The notes under the pieces: model-generated
The model's database searches: none
Seen by the model: the letters and a program-made list of their open reading frames with translations, nothing else
Told to the model about the DNA's origin: nothing
Source: an uncultured Acidobacteriota bacterium
GTDB taxonomy: Bacteria; Acidobacteriota; Vicinamibacteria; Vicinamibacterales; UBA2999
Reading direction: 5' to 3'
NCBI GenBank assembly: GCA_963779175.1
Contig: CAVZXA010000003.1
Coordinates: forward strand, 1,025,625 to 1,089,624
DNA: 64,000 bases
Position numbers and translations under genes: made by a program
In this document: positions 45,292 through 55,039 of the stretch, in pieces
Numbering within the stretch: position 1 is the stretch's first letter
Layout: each line of letters begins with the position of its first letter

Positions 45292-46770
45292 ATGACGCCG
45301 ACTTCCACGTCCGCCACTGATCAGCTCCGCGTGCGTGACGTCACGCTCGACCTGGCGCGTCAGGTGGTGCGGGTTGGCAGCGAGGAGATCCGGCTGCGCC
45401 CGAAGACCTTCGACGTGCTGACGATGCTCGTGCGCCATGCCGGTCAGGTGGTGAGCAAACAGCGCCTGATCGAGACGGTCTGGGGCCCGGTGGCCGTGAC
45501 GGATGATTCGCTCGTGCAGTGCCTGGTCGAGATTCGCCGCGCCCTCGGCGACGGTCACTTCACCATCCGCACGGTGCGCGGGCGTGGCTACCTGCTCGAT
45601 GGCGAGGTGGCGGCAGACGGTGCGGCCGTCGAGACACCCACGCCGCCACCACTGGCCACCTCAGCCCCGCGTGTTCTCAACCTGCCGCGGTGGCCGTGGA
45701 CCTGGACCTTCGGAGCCGTGGCCGCGGTGGGGGTGATGTCGGTGCTGGTCGCCGTGGCCGCCCTGGGCCCGCGTGCGGGACGCCCGGCGCCGACGACCCT
45801 TCAGGACACGATGGTGCCGGACGCGCGGGCGGAACTCGACGCCGGCCTCGGCCTGCTGCGCACGTCGCGGGCCCAGACCGACCTGCAGCGCGCCCGCCAG
45901 CACTTCGAGCGGGCCGTCCAGCTCGATGCCGGCTACGCCGCCGCCCACGCCGCGCTTGGCAACGTGCTGGTGCTGGCGTCGGGCTTCGGCATGCAGCCGG
46001 CGCAGGAGGTGCTGCCGCTGGCCGGGACCTCGGCGCGGCGCGCGGTGGAACTCGACCCGACCCTCGCAGCCGCCTGGCAGGCGCTGGCCCACGTGCAGAC
46101 CCAGGCCGATTGGGACTGGGCCGCCGCCGAGCAGAGCTACCGGCGAGCGATGGCGCTCGACCCCTCCGCTCCGATGAACATGATCTTCGGCCACCTGCTG
46201 GTGGGGATCGGGCGCACCGACGAGGCCCTTGCCGAGAGCAACCGCCTGCTGGCGCTCGATCCCGGATCGCCGATGCGCCATGGCTCCAACTGCATCGTGA
46301 AGTACTTCGCCCGACGCTTCGACGACGCCGTCGCCGCCTGCAACCGCAGCCTCGAGATCGACCCCAACTACACCACCTCACACTTCTGGCGGGCGCTGGC
46401 GCTGTCGGCGGTGGGGCGCCACGACGACGCCATGGCCGATGCGCTGGCAGCGCGCCGGGCGATGGGGTTTGCGCCGGCCTGGGTCGTCGGTTACGTGCAT
46501 GCCCGGGCTGGGCGCCTCGACGAGGCCCGGGAGGTGCTGCGGGCCGTACAGGCTCGCGCCGCCACCACCCACGTGCCCCCCGTGGCCATCGCGTTCCTGT
46601 TCGCGGCGGTGGGCGATCATCCGCAGGCGCTCGACTGGCTCGAGCGGGCGCACCGTGAACACGGGCCGTGGATGGAACTGCTGGCGGTCTACCCGCCGGC
46701 GGACCCGCTGCGCGCCGAGCCGCGATTCCGCGCGTTACTCAAGGCGCTGCGCTTACCGGAGCTGTCGTGA
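45292..46770 (+). CDS. Membrane-anchored winged-helix (OmpR/CadC-type) transcriptional regulator with a C-terminal TPR domain
   Basis: The N-terminus, LRVRDVTLDLARQVVRVGSEEIRLRPKTFDVLTMLVRHAGQVVSKQRLIETVWG...TVRGRGYLL, is a Trans_reg_C fold. It is followed by one TM (WTFGAVAAVGVMSVLVAVAAL) and then TPR repeats. Confidence 0.65.
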   Translation: MTPTSTSATDQLRVRDVTLDLARQVVRVGSEEIRLRPKTFDVLTMLVRHAGQVVSKQRLIETVWGPVAVTDDSLVQCLVEIRRALGDGHFTIRTVRGRGYLLDGEVAADGAAVETPTPPPLATSAPRVLNLPRWPWTWTFGAVAAVGVMSVLVAVAALGPRAGRPAPTTLQDTMVPDARAELDAGLGLLRTSRAQTDLQRARQHFERAVQLDAGYAAAHAALGNVLVLASGFGMQPAQEVLPLAGTSARRAVELDPTLAAAWQALAHVQTQADWDWAAAEQSYRRAMALDPSAPMNMIFGHLLVGIGRTDEALAESNRLLALDPGSPMRHGSNCIVKYFARRFDDAVAACNRSLEIDPNYTTSHFWRALALSAVGRHDDAMADALAARRAMGFAPAWVVGYVHARAGRLDEAREVLRAVQARAATTHVPPVAIAFLFAAVGDHPQALDWLERAHREHGPWMELLAVYPPADPLRAEPRFRALLKALRLPELS

Positions 46771-47732
46771 TTCGCTACTTCGTGCACCGAGACGGCCGCA
46801 CCAGCGCCGTCGACGCGCTGGAGCCGGCCTGGCTCGCCCCCGGCAGCGGCGTCTACGTCTGGGCCGACGTCGCCGAGCCGACCGCCGACGACGGCCAGGT
46901 GCTGCGTGAACTGTTCGGCATTCACGAACTGGCAGTCGAGGACGCACTCGGCGAGACGCACCATCCGAAGGTTGAGACCTACGGCAGCCTGGTCTACGTG
47001 GTGCTGCACGGCATCAACTTCCACGCCAGCGAACACGCCTTCGACACCCACGACACTGACTTCTTCGTGACCGCACAGTTCCTCGTCACGGTGCACGACG
47101 GCAAACGCCGCAGCATCGCGCACGTCTCGGACCTGTGCGGCAAGAGCGCCCACATCCTGGCCGAAGGCCCGATGGCGCTCATGCATCGCATCATGGACAC
47201 GATGGTGGACCACTACCACCCCGAGGTGGACGAGCTCGAGGAGTGGCTGGACGATCTCGAACGCCAGGTGCTCGAGTCGCCCAAAGAGAGCCTGATGGGC
47301 GAGATCCTTGCGGTGAAGCGCGACATCCGCAGCCTCCGGCGCATCGTGATGCCGCAGCGGGACGTGATGGGTCGACTGTCGCGCCGGGAGTTCGATCTCA
47401 TCAGCGAGGAGATGGCGTACCGCTTCCGGGACGTCTACGACCAGCTCGTGCGCCTGGCCGATGACGCCATGATCTTCCAGGACCGCGTGACCGGCATCCT
47501 CGACGCGCATCTGGCCGGCGTGTCAATTCAGCTCGCACAGACGTCCAAGCTGGTCGCCGTCGTGGCGACGCTGTTCGGGCCGCTGACCGTGCTCACCGGG
47601 ATGTATGGCATGAACGTGCCGCTCCCGCATTTCCCGGGTGGGGAGGACCTGCAGTTCTGGTGGGTGCTCGGCTTGATGGGCACCGCGTCGGCCGCCATGT
47701 TCGTCGGATTCCGCCGTTCGGGCTGGTGGTAA
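46767..47732 (+). CDS. corA: Magnesium/cobalt transporter CorA
   Basis: YGMNV (GMN motif), two C-terminal TMs, and HELAVEDAL. GTG 46767 overlaps the regulator stop (GTGA). Confidence 0.85.
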   Translation: MIRYFVHRDGRTSAVDALEPAWLAPGSGVYVWADVAEPTADDGQVLRELFGIHELAVEDALGETHHPKVETYGSLVYVVLHGINFHASEHAFDTHDTDFFVTAQFLVTVHDGKRRSIAHVSDLCGKSAHILAEGPMALMHRIMDTMVDHYHPEVDELEEWLDDLERQVLESPKESLMGEILAVKRDIRSLRRIVMPQRDVMGRLSRREFDLISEEMAYRFRDVYDQLVRLADDAMIFQDRVTGILDAHLAGVSIQLAQTSKLVAVVATLFGPLTVLTGMYGMNVPLPHFPGGEDLQFWWVLGLMGTASAAMFVGFRRSGWW

Positions 47733-47736
47733 CGCG

Positions 47737-49530
47737 ATGAGCCGCATCGTCAAGCTGCCCGACGACCTCGCCAACCAGATCGCCGCCGGCGAAGTGGTGG
47801 AACGCCCGGCATCGGTGGTCAAGGAACTGGTCGAGAACGCCCTCGATGCCGACGCCCGGCGCATCACCGTCACCATCGAGTACGGCGGCAAGCGCCTGCT
47901 GCGCGTCGAGGACGACGGCATCGGGATGTCACCCGACGACGCCCGGATGTGCCTCGAACGGCACGCCACCAGCAAGATCCGTTCGGCCGACGATCTGGGC
48001 GCCATCGCCACGCTCGGCTTCCGTGGCGAGGCGCTGCCGAGCATCGCCTCGGTGTCGCGCTTCACCCTGCGCACGCGCGAGCGCGGCACCGACGGCGGCA
48101 CCGAGATCCGTGTCGTGGCCGGCCACATCGAGCGGGTGATGGCGGTGGGCGGCCCCGAAGGCACGAGCATCACGGTCGAGGACCTGTTCTTCAACCTGCC
48201 GGCGCGGCGCAAGTTCCTCAAGTCGGACGGCGCCGAAACCGCGCACGTCTCGAAGCTCATGACGCAACTGGCGCTCTGCCATCCCGGCGTCGGCTTCACG
48301 TTGACCAACGCCGGGAAGCGGGTGCTCGAATGTCCGCCGGCCGCCACGCTCGCCGATCGCATGTATCAGATCTACGGCGACCGCCCCGACCTGGTGCCGG
48401 TCGATCGCACCACCCACGGCGTGCACCTGACGGGCCTGGTGGCCGCGCTGGCCGACACCGGACCGACGCGCGGGCCCCAGCACGTCTTCGTGAACGCCCG
48501 CATCGTCAAGGACAAGACCATCGCGCACGCGGTCATCGACGCCTATCAGTCGGCCTCGATCAAGGAACGCAGTCCTGAGATTCACCTGTTCCTCGAGGTG
48601 CCGCTCGACCGCATCGACGTCAACGTGCATCCGACCAAGGCCGAAGTCCGCTTCGCCGATCAGTCGCTGGTGCATGAGATCGTGCGCCGCGGCGTGGCCG
48701 AAGCCCTCGGGGCGGCGCGGATGCCGGCGCTGCCGCCCGACGGGGCGACACACGATCGAGCGGACGCCACCGTGCCGCCGTGGACCTCCGCCGCCAATGC
48801 GTCGCCCTGGTCATCGCTGCCGGGCGGGGGCTCGGCGGTGCGCGACTGGACGGCGATGTGGCCGGCGCCTCCGGGACGAGCGGAGGTCAGCGGCGGTGGA
48901 TCTTACGTGCCGGCGTCGGCGGGCATGGCCTCGTGGTCGCCGGTCAGCGGCGAGCGGCCGCTCACGCCGCTGGGGCAGTTCCGCAACACCTTCATCATCG
49001 CCGTCGACGACGAAGGACTCGTCATCATCGACCAGCACGTCGCGCACGAGCGCGTGCTGTTCGAGCGCATCCTCGAGAAGCTCACGGCAGCGCCGCTCGA
49101 ATCGCAGGGCCTGCTGGTGCCGATGGTCATCGACCTGCCGGGCGCCGGCCACGCCACGCTGCTGGCGCGGGCGGCCGACCTGACGCGCTTCGGCTTCGAG
49201 ATCGAAGACTTCGGCGGCTCGAGCGTGCGCATCTCGGCGGTGCCGGCGATTCTGCGCCCCGACGACATCGACCGCACGCTGCGGGCCCTGGCCGACGACC
49301 TCGAGCACATCGACCGCGGCCTGGTCGCGGAGCAGGCACTGAAACAGATCGCGGCGACCATGGCCTGCCACACCGCCGTCCGCGCGCACGACCCGCTGAC
49401 GGTCGAGAAGATGACGCACATCCTCGACGAACTGCGGGCGACCGCCTATTCGACGGTGTGCCCGCACGGACGGCCGGTGATGTTCAGACTGTCGCGGCGT
49501 GACCTGGAGCGAAGGTTCGAGCGGATCTAG
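47737..49530 (+). CDS. mutL: DNA mismatch repair protein MutL
   Basis: IAAGEVVERPASVVKELVENALDA, GFRGEAL, and C-terminal DQHVAHERVLFE. Confidence 0.9.
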   Translation: MSRIVKLPDDLANQIAAGEVVERPASVVKELVENALDADARRITVTIEYGGKRLLRVEDDGIGMSPDDARMCLERHATSKIRSADDLGAIATLGFRGEALPSIASVSRFTLRTRERGTDGGTEIRVVAGHIERVMAVGGPEGTSITVEDLFFNLPARRKFLKSDGAETAHVSKLMTQLALCHPGVGFTLTNAGKRVLECPPAATLADRMYQIYGDRPDLVPVDRTTHGVHLTGLVAALADTGPTRGPQHVFVNARIVKDKTIAHAVIDAYQSASIKERSPEIHLFLEVPLDRIDVNVHPTKAEVRFADQSLVHEIVRRGVAEALGAARMPALPPDGATHDRADATVPPWTSAANASPWSSLPGGGSAVRDWTAMWPAPPGRAEVSGGGSYVPASAGMASWSPVSGERPLTPLGQFRNTFIIAVDDEGLVIIDQHVAHERVLFERILEKLTAAPLESQGLLVPMVIDLPGAGHATLLARAADLTRFGFEIEDFGGSSVRISAVPAILRPDDIDRTLRALADDLEHIDRGLVAEQALKQIAATMACHTAVRAHDPLTVEKMTHILDELRATAYSTVCPHGRPVMFRLSRRDLERRFERI

Positions 49531-49562
49531 AGGCGGCTAGCGGCTTGGTCCTGGCGGCTAGT
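49527..49562 (+). repeat. CTAG heptamer array after mutL (CTAGAG GCGGCTA GCGGCTT GGTCCTG GCGGCTA G)
   Basis: Begins at the mutL TAG stop (49528-49530). Near-identical to the array after ppdK. Confidence 0.8.
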
Positions 49563-49640
49563 GTGCAAGCGTCACGCTGCGGAGAGATGCGACCTGCGCG
49601 CCGACTGACGGGTTGCTCATTCGCGGGACAGGTTGCTCGA

Positions 49641-49669
49641 CTAGCCGCTAGCCGCTAGAACCTAGCCGC
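49641..49669 (-). repeat. CTAG heptamer array after rarA (plus strand: CTAGCCG CTAGCCG CTAGAAC CTAGCCG C)
   Basis: CTAG at 49641, 49648, 49655 and 49662. The last unit supplies the rarA TAG stop. Confidence 0.8.
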
Positions 49670-51006
49670 TCCGCTTCTTCGCCTTGATCTCCTTCCATCC
49701 ATCCAACCGCCGCTTGATCTCCTTCTCGAATCCGCGATCGGTCGGCTGGTAGAACTGGCGGCCCTGCAGGCGTTCGGGCAGGCAATCCATGGCCGCCACG
49801 GCGTCGGGTTGATCGTGCGCGTATTGGTAGCCGCGGCCATAGTCGAGCGACTTCATCAGCTTGGTCGGCGCGTTGCGCAGGTGCAGCGGCACCGGGTCGG
49901 CGGCGTCCTGCGTGGCGGCTTCGGCGGCGGCGTTGTAGGCGGCGTAGACGGCGTTGCTCTTGGGCGCGGTGGCCAGATACAGGGTCGATTGGGCCAGCGC
50001 GGTGTTCGCTTCGGGCATGCCGATGAAGTGCAGCGCGTCACGCGCCGCCATCGCGATCACCAGGGCCTGAGGATCGGCAATGCCGACGTCTTCCGAGGCG
50101 AAGCGCACCAGCCGGCGCGCGATGTACATCGGCTCCTCGCCGGCTTCGAGCATCCGCGCCAGCCAGTAGACGGCGGCGTCGGGGTCGGAGTTGCGCATCG
50201 ACTTGTGCAGCGCCGACATGATGTTGAAGTGTTCTTCACCGCCCTTGTCGTAGCGCAGCGTCTTCTTCTGCAGCGTGTCCTGCACCAGCGCGAGATCGAC
50301 CTTCGGACGGCCCACCGGCTGCGGCGCCGCCGCCACCACCAGCTGCAGCAGGTTCAGCGCCCGGCGGGCATCGCCGTCGGCGACGCGGGCCAGCGCGCCG
50401 AGGGCTTCGTCACTGACCTCCGGCGCCACGGCGCCCAGGCCGCGCTCGGTGTCGGTGAGGGCGCGCTGCAGGATGCGCGCGATCGCCGGCTCGTCGAGCG
50501 GCTGCAGCACGAACACCTTGGAGCGCGACAGCAGCGCCGCGTTCACTTCGAACGACGGGTTTTCGGTGGTGGCGCCGATGAGCACGATGTCGCCCGATTC
50601 GACACGCGGCAGGAAGGCGTCCTGCTGGGCCTTGTTGAAGCGGTGGATCTCGTCGACGAAGACGATGGTGCGGCGGCCGGCGCGGCGGCGATGCTCGGCG
50701 GCCGCCATCACGTCCTTGATGTCCTTGATGCCGGAGAGCACGGCGCTGAACGCCACGTAGTCGGCCGAGGTGGCATCGGCGATGAGGCGCGCCAGCGTGG
50801 TCTTGCCGGTGCCCGGCGGGCCCCACAGAATCACCGATTGGAGGGCGTCGCGGGCGATCGCTTCGCGCAGCGGCCGGCCCGGTGCCAGCAGCGCCGCCTG
50901 GCCTTCGATTTCATCGAGCGTGCGCGGCCGCATCCGTTCCGCCAGCGGCGCCGGCGGTGGCGGTGTGGCGCCCTCGACTCGGATCGTCGTCGAAGAGGCC
51001 GCTCAC
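49662..51006 (-). pseudogene. rarA: Replication-associated recombination protein A (RarA/MgsA), frame broken near its 5' end
   Basis: GPPGTGKTTLARLIA, an AAA+ core and a C-terminal MgsA domain. The conserved PLAERMRP lies upstream of ATG 50933 with no start codon in that frame. GTG 51006 (VSGLFDDDPSRG) joins that frame if one base of the CCC/GGG run near 50972 is removed. Confidence 0.85.
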
Positions 51007-51852
51007 GCGCGAGCCCGTCGCTGCGCCGCCGCCGCGTAGACCACGAGGGCGCCGGCGACGGCGACGTTGAGCGATTCGACCGGCGCCGCCATCGGCAGCG
51101 TCAGCACCTGGTCGGCCTGGGCGAGCAGGGACGCGCCGAGCCCCGGGCCTTCGCCGCCCACGAACACGCAGGTCGCGCGGGCGAGATCGACCTCTTCGGG
51201 CCCGCGACCGCCCCGTGGCGCCAAGCGCCACCAGTTGCATCTCGCGAGTGCGGGCCTCGGCCACGAACGCGGCCATGTCTGGCACCCGCGCCATCGGCAG
51301 ACGAAACGCGCTCCCCATCGACGCCCGCAGCGCCTTCCAGCCCAGCGGGTCAGCGGAGGCGCCGAGCGCCACGAAGCCGCTGGCTCCGGCCGCTTCCGCC
51401 GTGCGCACGAGCGCGCCGACGTTCCCGGGGTCCTGCACGTCGACGGCGACCACCACCAGCGCCGGGGCCGGGGCGAACACGTCGGCCAGCGTCAGCACCG
51501 GACGGCGGGCGAGGGCCACGACGCCCGACGACGTGCGCACGGGACTGATCGCCTGCAGCACATCGTCGGTCACATGCACCGCATGCGCGCCGGCCTCGAT
51601 GAGGTCGTCGAGGGCGCGCGCTTCTGCCGGGCCCGGCGGATCGACGTTGACGGCGACCGCGTCCACGGCGAGACCGGCCGCGACGGCATCGACCAGCAGA
51701 TGCCAGCCGTCGAGCAACAGCGGCTCATCGGGGCCGCCGCCGCGGGCATCGCGACAGGCCTGCACGAGTGGATGACGACGGCTGGTGATCGAAGGCAGGG
51801 CGAGTATCACGGTGGCAGGGCCGCGCGGGGCGCGGCGCACTCTCCGGAGCAT
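51003..51852 (-). pseudogene. TrmH/SpoU-family RNA 2'-O-methyltransferase, frame broken once
   Basis: VQDPGNVGALVRTAEAAG...EMQLVAL | APRGGRGPEEVDLARATCVFVGGEGPGL...ESLNVAVAGALVVY. The junction lies near 51224. The stop overlaps the rarA GTG (GTGA). Confidence 0.75.
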
Positions 51853-51886
51853 AGCACCCCGTGTGCTACAGTAACCGGCTGAAGCG

Positions 51887-52351
51887 ATGAAAGAACGAAT
51901 TCTGAAGCGATTCGACGACGAGATTGCCGGCCTGGAGCGCGAGCTCTACTCGGAGCTTCCGAAAGAGATCCAGCGGGCGCGCGAGTTCGGCGATCTGCGC
52001 GAGAACGCCGAGTACTCGGCGGCCAAAGAGCGTCAGAGCTTCGTGCAGGCGCGGATCGCGATGCTGCAGCGCCGGCGCAACGAAGTGGCGCTGATGAACC
52101 TCGATCGCGTGCCGCACGGCAAGACCGGCTTCGGCTCGACCGTCACCCTGAAGGAAACCGGCGGCGGCGAGGTCATCTATCAGCTGGTGATGCCCGAAGA
52201 CGCGGACGCCGCGAAGGGCCTCATCTCGACCGCGTCGCCGATTGGTCGCGCGCTCCTGAACAAGGAAGAGGGCGACGAGGTCGAGGTGACCGCGCCGGCC
52301 GGCACGCGCACCTTCGAGGTCGTCAAGGTCGTCACGATCCACGACGAGTAG
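51887..52351 (+). CDS. greA: Transcription elongation factor GreA
   Basis: GDLRENAEYSAAKERQ, a coiled-coil N-domain, and a C-terminal FKBP-like domain. Confidence 0.9.
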   Translation: MKERILKRFDDEIAGLERELYSELPKEIQRAREFGDLRENAEYSAAKERQSFVQARIAMLQRRRNEVALMNLDRVPHGKTGFGSTVTLKETGGGEVIYQLVMPEDADAAKGLISTASPIGRALLNKEEGDEVEVTAPAGTRTFEVVKVVTIHDE

Positions 52352-52361
52352 GATTCGACTG

Positions 52362-53789
52362 GTGGCCCGAGGCTCTCGAGCCCAGCACGAACTGTATTCC
52401 CCCGAGCGCCCGACGGCGGTCGTGCTGAGCGGCACCGGTGTGGACGGCGCGTATCACGCCGGCGTGCTCGAGGCGCTGCACGAATCCGGCGTCAAGATCG
52501 ACCTCGTGGCCGGCCGCGGCGTCGGCGCCCTGGCGGCCGTGCTCTTCGCGCTCGATGGCGCGGCGGCGCTCTGGGACCCGCGAGGACTCTGGCGTCGTCC
52601 CACCAGGCACGCCGCCTACGGGCTCACCCGGCCATACCGCGCGGTTGGCATGGCGCTCGTGCTCGTCGCCGGGCTCGTCGCCAGCCCTCTGGCGCTGCTG
52701 CTGGCCGCCGTGGTCGTGTGGCCGGCGAGTCTCCTCGCCGGGTGGAGCGGGCTCGACGGCACGCCGACGCTGGCGGCGCGCTACGCGTCGTGGCTCGGGT
52801 GGGTGTTCCAGCCAGACCATCTGGCGGCGTGGATCGCGCGTCTCGTGCTCATCGTGGCCGCGACGCTGCTCGCGGCGCTCGGCGTGGGCGCCGCCGTCAC
52901 CGCGGTGCGAGCGCCCCGCCGTCAGCGCGGGCACCTGGCGTGGCGTCTGCTCGGTGCGCCGGTAGACTCGGCGCGGTTTGCGGCGACCGCCATGAGCGCG
53001 CTCTGGGACCTGCTGCGGGGCGGGGCAGCGCTGGCCCGCCCGCGGGCCGCCGATCTGAGCCTGCGGCTGTCGGAGCTCCTGGTCTCCGGCGCCGGCCAGC
53101 CGGGACACCGCGATCTGCTGCTGACGGTGCACGACCTCGATGCCCGCCGCGATCTGGTGTTCGGGATGATCGGCGGGGAAGCCGGACGCCGGCAGTTCCC
53201 TGGTGCGACCGGCCCGGCGGGCCGCCGCGCCGAGGCCTTCGACCTCGCCGGTCCGGCGAAGGCCTCGCTCATCGATGTCGTGAGCGGCGCGCTGACGCTC
53301 GCCGATCTGTCGGAGCCGCACCCACTCGCGTTCCCCGCCGACAGCTTCTGGCGTGGCGAGGTGCATCGGCTCGCCGATCGCCCGGCCTCGCTCTCGCGGC
53401 TGCTCGAAGAAGCCGCCGCCGCCGGCATGGAGCAGGCCATCATCGTGACTGCCTCGCCCGAGGTCGGAGGTCCGCACGATCTCAGGACCGCGCGGCTCGA
53501 CCCGCGCGGTCGGGCGGGCGAGTGGCTGCTGGCGCAGGAAACGGCGGCCGTCCGCGACGGCGTGCGCTACGCCCAGGCGCACTTCCATGCGGTGTTCGTG
53601 ATCCGCCCATCGCACAACGCGCTGACGCCGCTCGATCTGGCCGGCGCCGACGACGTCGCCTCCGATCGGCGGGCCACGCCGGCCGATCTGGTGACGCGCG
53701 GCCACGAAGACGCGCACCGTCTGTTCATCGAACCTGCCCTCGGCGCCGCCGGCGAACGCGTGGGTGAAGACTCCAGAGGACGCTCATGA
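52362..53789 (+). CDS. Patatin-like protein with degenerate catalytic motifs and internal TM segments
   Basis: VVLSGTGVDGAYHAGVLEALHESGVKIDLVAGRGVGAL aligns to the patatin GGGxRG...GxSxG pattern. Here it reads GTGVDG and GRGVG, with no Ser. It is followed by hydrophobic helices. Confidence 0.5.
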   Translation: MARGSRAQHELYSPERPTAVVLSGTGVDGAYHAGVLEALHESGVKIDLVAGRGVGALAAVLFALDGAAALWDPRGLWRRPTRHAAYGLTRPYRAVGMALVLVAGLVASPLALLLAAVVVWPASLLAGWSGLDGTPTLAARYASWLGWVFQPDHLAAWIARLVLIVAATLLAALGVGAAVTAVRAPRRQRGHLAWRLLGAPVDSARFAATAMSALWDLLRGGAALARPRAADLSLRLSELLVSGAGQPGHRDLLLTVHDLDARRDLVFGMIGGEAGRRQFPGATGPAGRRAEAFDLAGPAKASLIDVVSGALTLADLSEPHPLAFPADSFWRGEVHRLADRPASLSRLLEEAAAAGMEQAIIVTASPEVGGPHDLRTARLDPRGRAGEWLLAQETAAVRDGVRYAQAHFHAVFVIRPSHNALTPLDLAGADDVASDRRATPADLVTRGHEDAHRLFIEPALGAAGERVGEDSRGRS

Positions 53790-54965
53790 CCACTCGTGCC
53801 AGCCACGGCCCCGCCACGCGCCTGATTCACACCGGCGAGCGCCCGCCCGCCGCCGCTTCGCTCACCGTGCCGATCTACGAGACCAGCACGTTCGTGTTCG
53901 AGTCGGCCGCCGACGTCGAAGCCTATGCGGCCGGCACCAGACCCGGCTATCTCTACTCGCGCTACGAGAACCCGACGGTGGTCGCGGTCGAGACCAAGCT
54001 CGCCGAGATCGACGGCGCCGAGGCGTCGCTCGTCTTCGGCTCCGGGATGGCGGCGATCTCGACGGCGCTCTTCGGCCTGCTCGAAGCCGGTGACGAAGTG
54101 GTGTGCTGCGCGGCGATCTACGGCGGCACCTTCCACGTGCTCACCGGGCTGGCCTCACGCTTCGGCATCACCACCCGGTTCGCGTCGCTCGAGGAGTTCC
54201 GGACGCCGGCCGCACTCATCGGTCCGAAGACCAGGCTGGTGTGGTTCGAGTCGCCGATCAACCCGACGCTGCGCGTCATCGACGTCGCGTCGGTGGCCCA
54301 CGCCTGCCGGACGGCCGGCGTGCTGTCGGTGATGGACAACACGTTCGCGTCGCCGATCAACCAGCCGGTGCTCGCGATGGGTGTGGACCTGTCGATGCAG
54401 AGCGTCACGAAGTACCTGAACGGCCACAGCGATGTCACCGGCGGCGTGCTGTCGGGCCGGGCCGGGCTCATCGGGCGGCTCGCCAAGACCAGACGTCTGC
54501 TTGGCGGCATCCTCGACCCGCAGCCCGCCTACGCCCTGGGCCGCGGCATGAAGACGCTCACCCTGCGGGTCGCCCGTCACAACGACAACGCGCTGGCGCT
54601 CGCCCGGGCCCTCGAAGGCCATCCGGCGTTGGCCGCCGTGCACTATCCGGGGCTGGCCTCGCATCCCGACCACGCGATCGCGAAGCGCACAGATGAGCGG
54701 CTTCGGCGGCATGGTGTGCATCGACCTGGCGGGCGGGCAGACGGCGGCGTTCCGTGCCTTCGACCGCCTGCAGGTGTTCCAGCGCGCGGCCAGCCTGGGC
54801 GGCGTCGAGAGCCTGTGCAGCCTGCCGATCCTGACGTCGCAGTACGGGCTGAGCGACGAGGCGCTGGCGAAGGCCGGCGTCACCCGCGGCATGATGCGCC
54901 TGTCGGTGGGGCTCGAAGACGCCGACGACCTCATCGCCGACGTGAAGCAGGCCATCGAAGACTGA
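53786..54965 (+). pseudogene. PLP-dependent Cys/Met-metabolism enzyme (cystathionine gamma-synthase/lyase family), frame broken once
   Basis: SRYENPT, ESPINPTLRVIDV, and the Schiff-base region SVTKYLNGHSD. ...PDHAIAKR | QMSGFGGMVCIDL...GGVESLCSLP...MRLSVGLED. The junction is at the extra A near 54689. Confidence 0.8.
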
Positions 54966-54999
54966 AGCTGGTCGGCGCGGCGAGCGCCGACGCCTTCCC

Positions 55000-55039
55000 G
55001 AGCCCCGAGCCCCGGGCCCCGAGACCCGAGCCCCGCTAC
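55000..55039 (-). repeat. Heptamer array after the DHH gene stop (minus strand: TAGC GGGGCTC GGGTCTC GGGGCCC GGGGCTC GGGGCTC G), a CTCG variant of the CTAG repeat
   Basis: The plus strand reads GAGCCCC GAGCCCC GGGCCCC GAGACCC GAGCCCC. Re-phased, the minus-strand unit GGCTCGG differs from GGCTAGG by one base. Confidence 0.7.
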
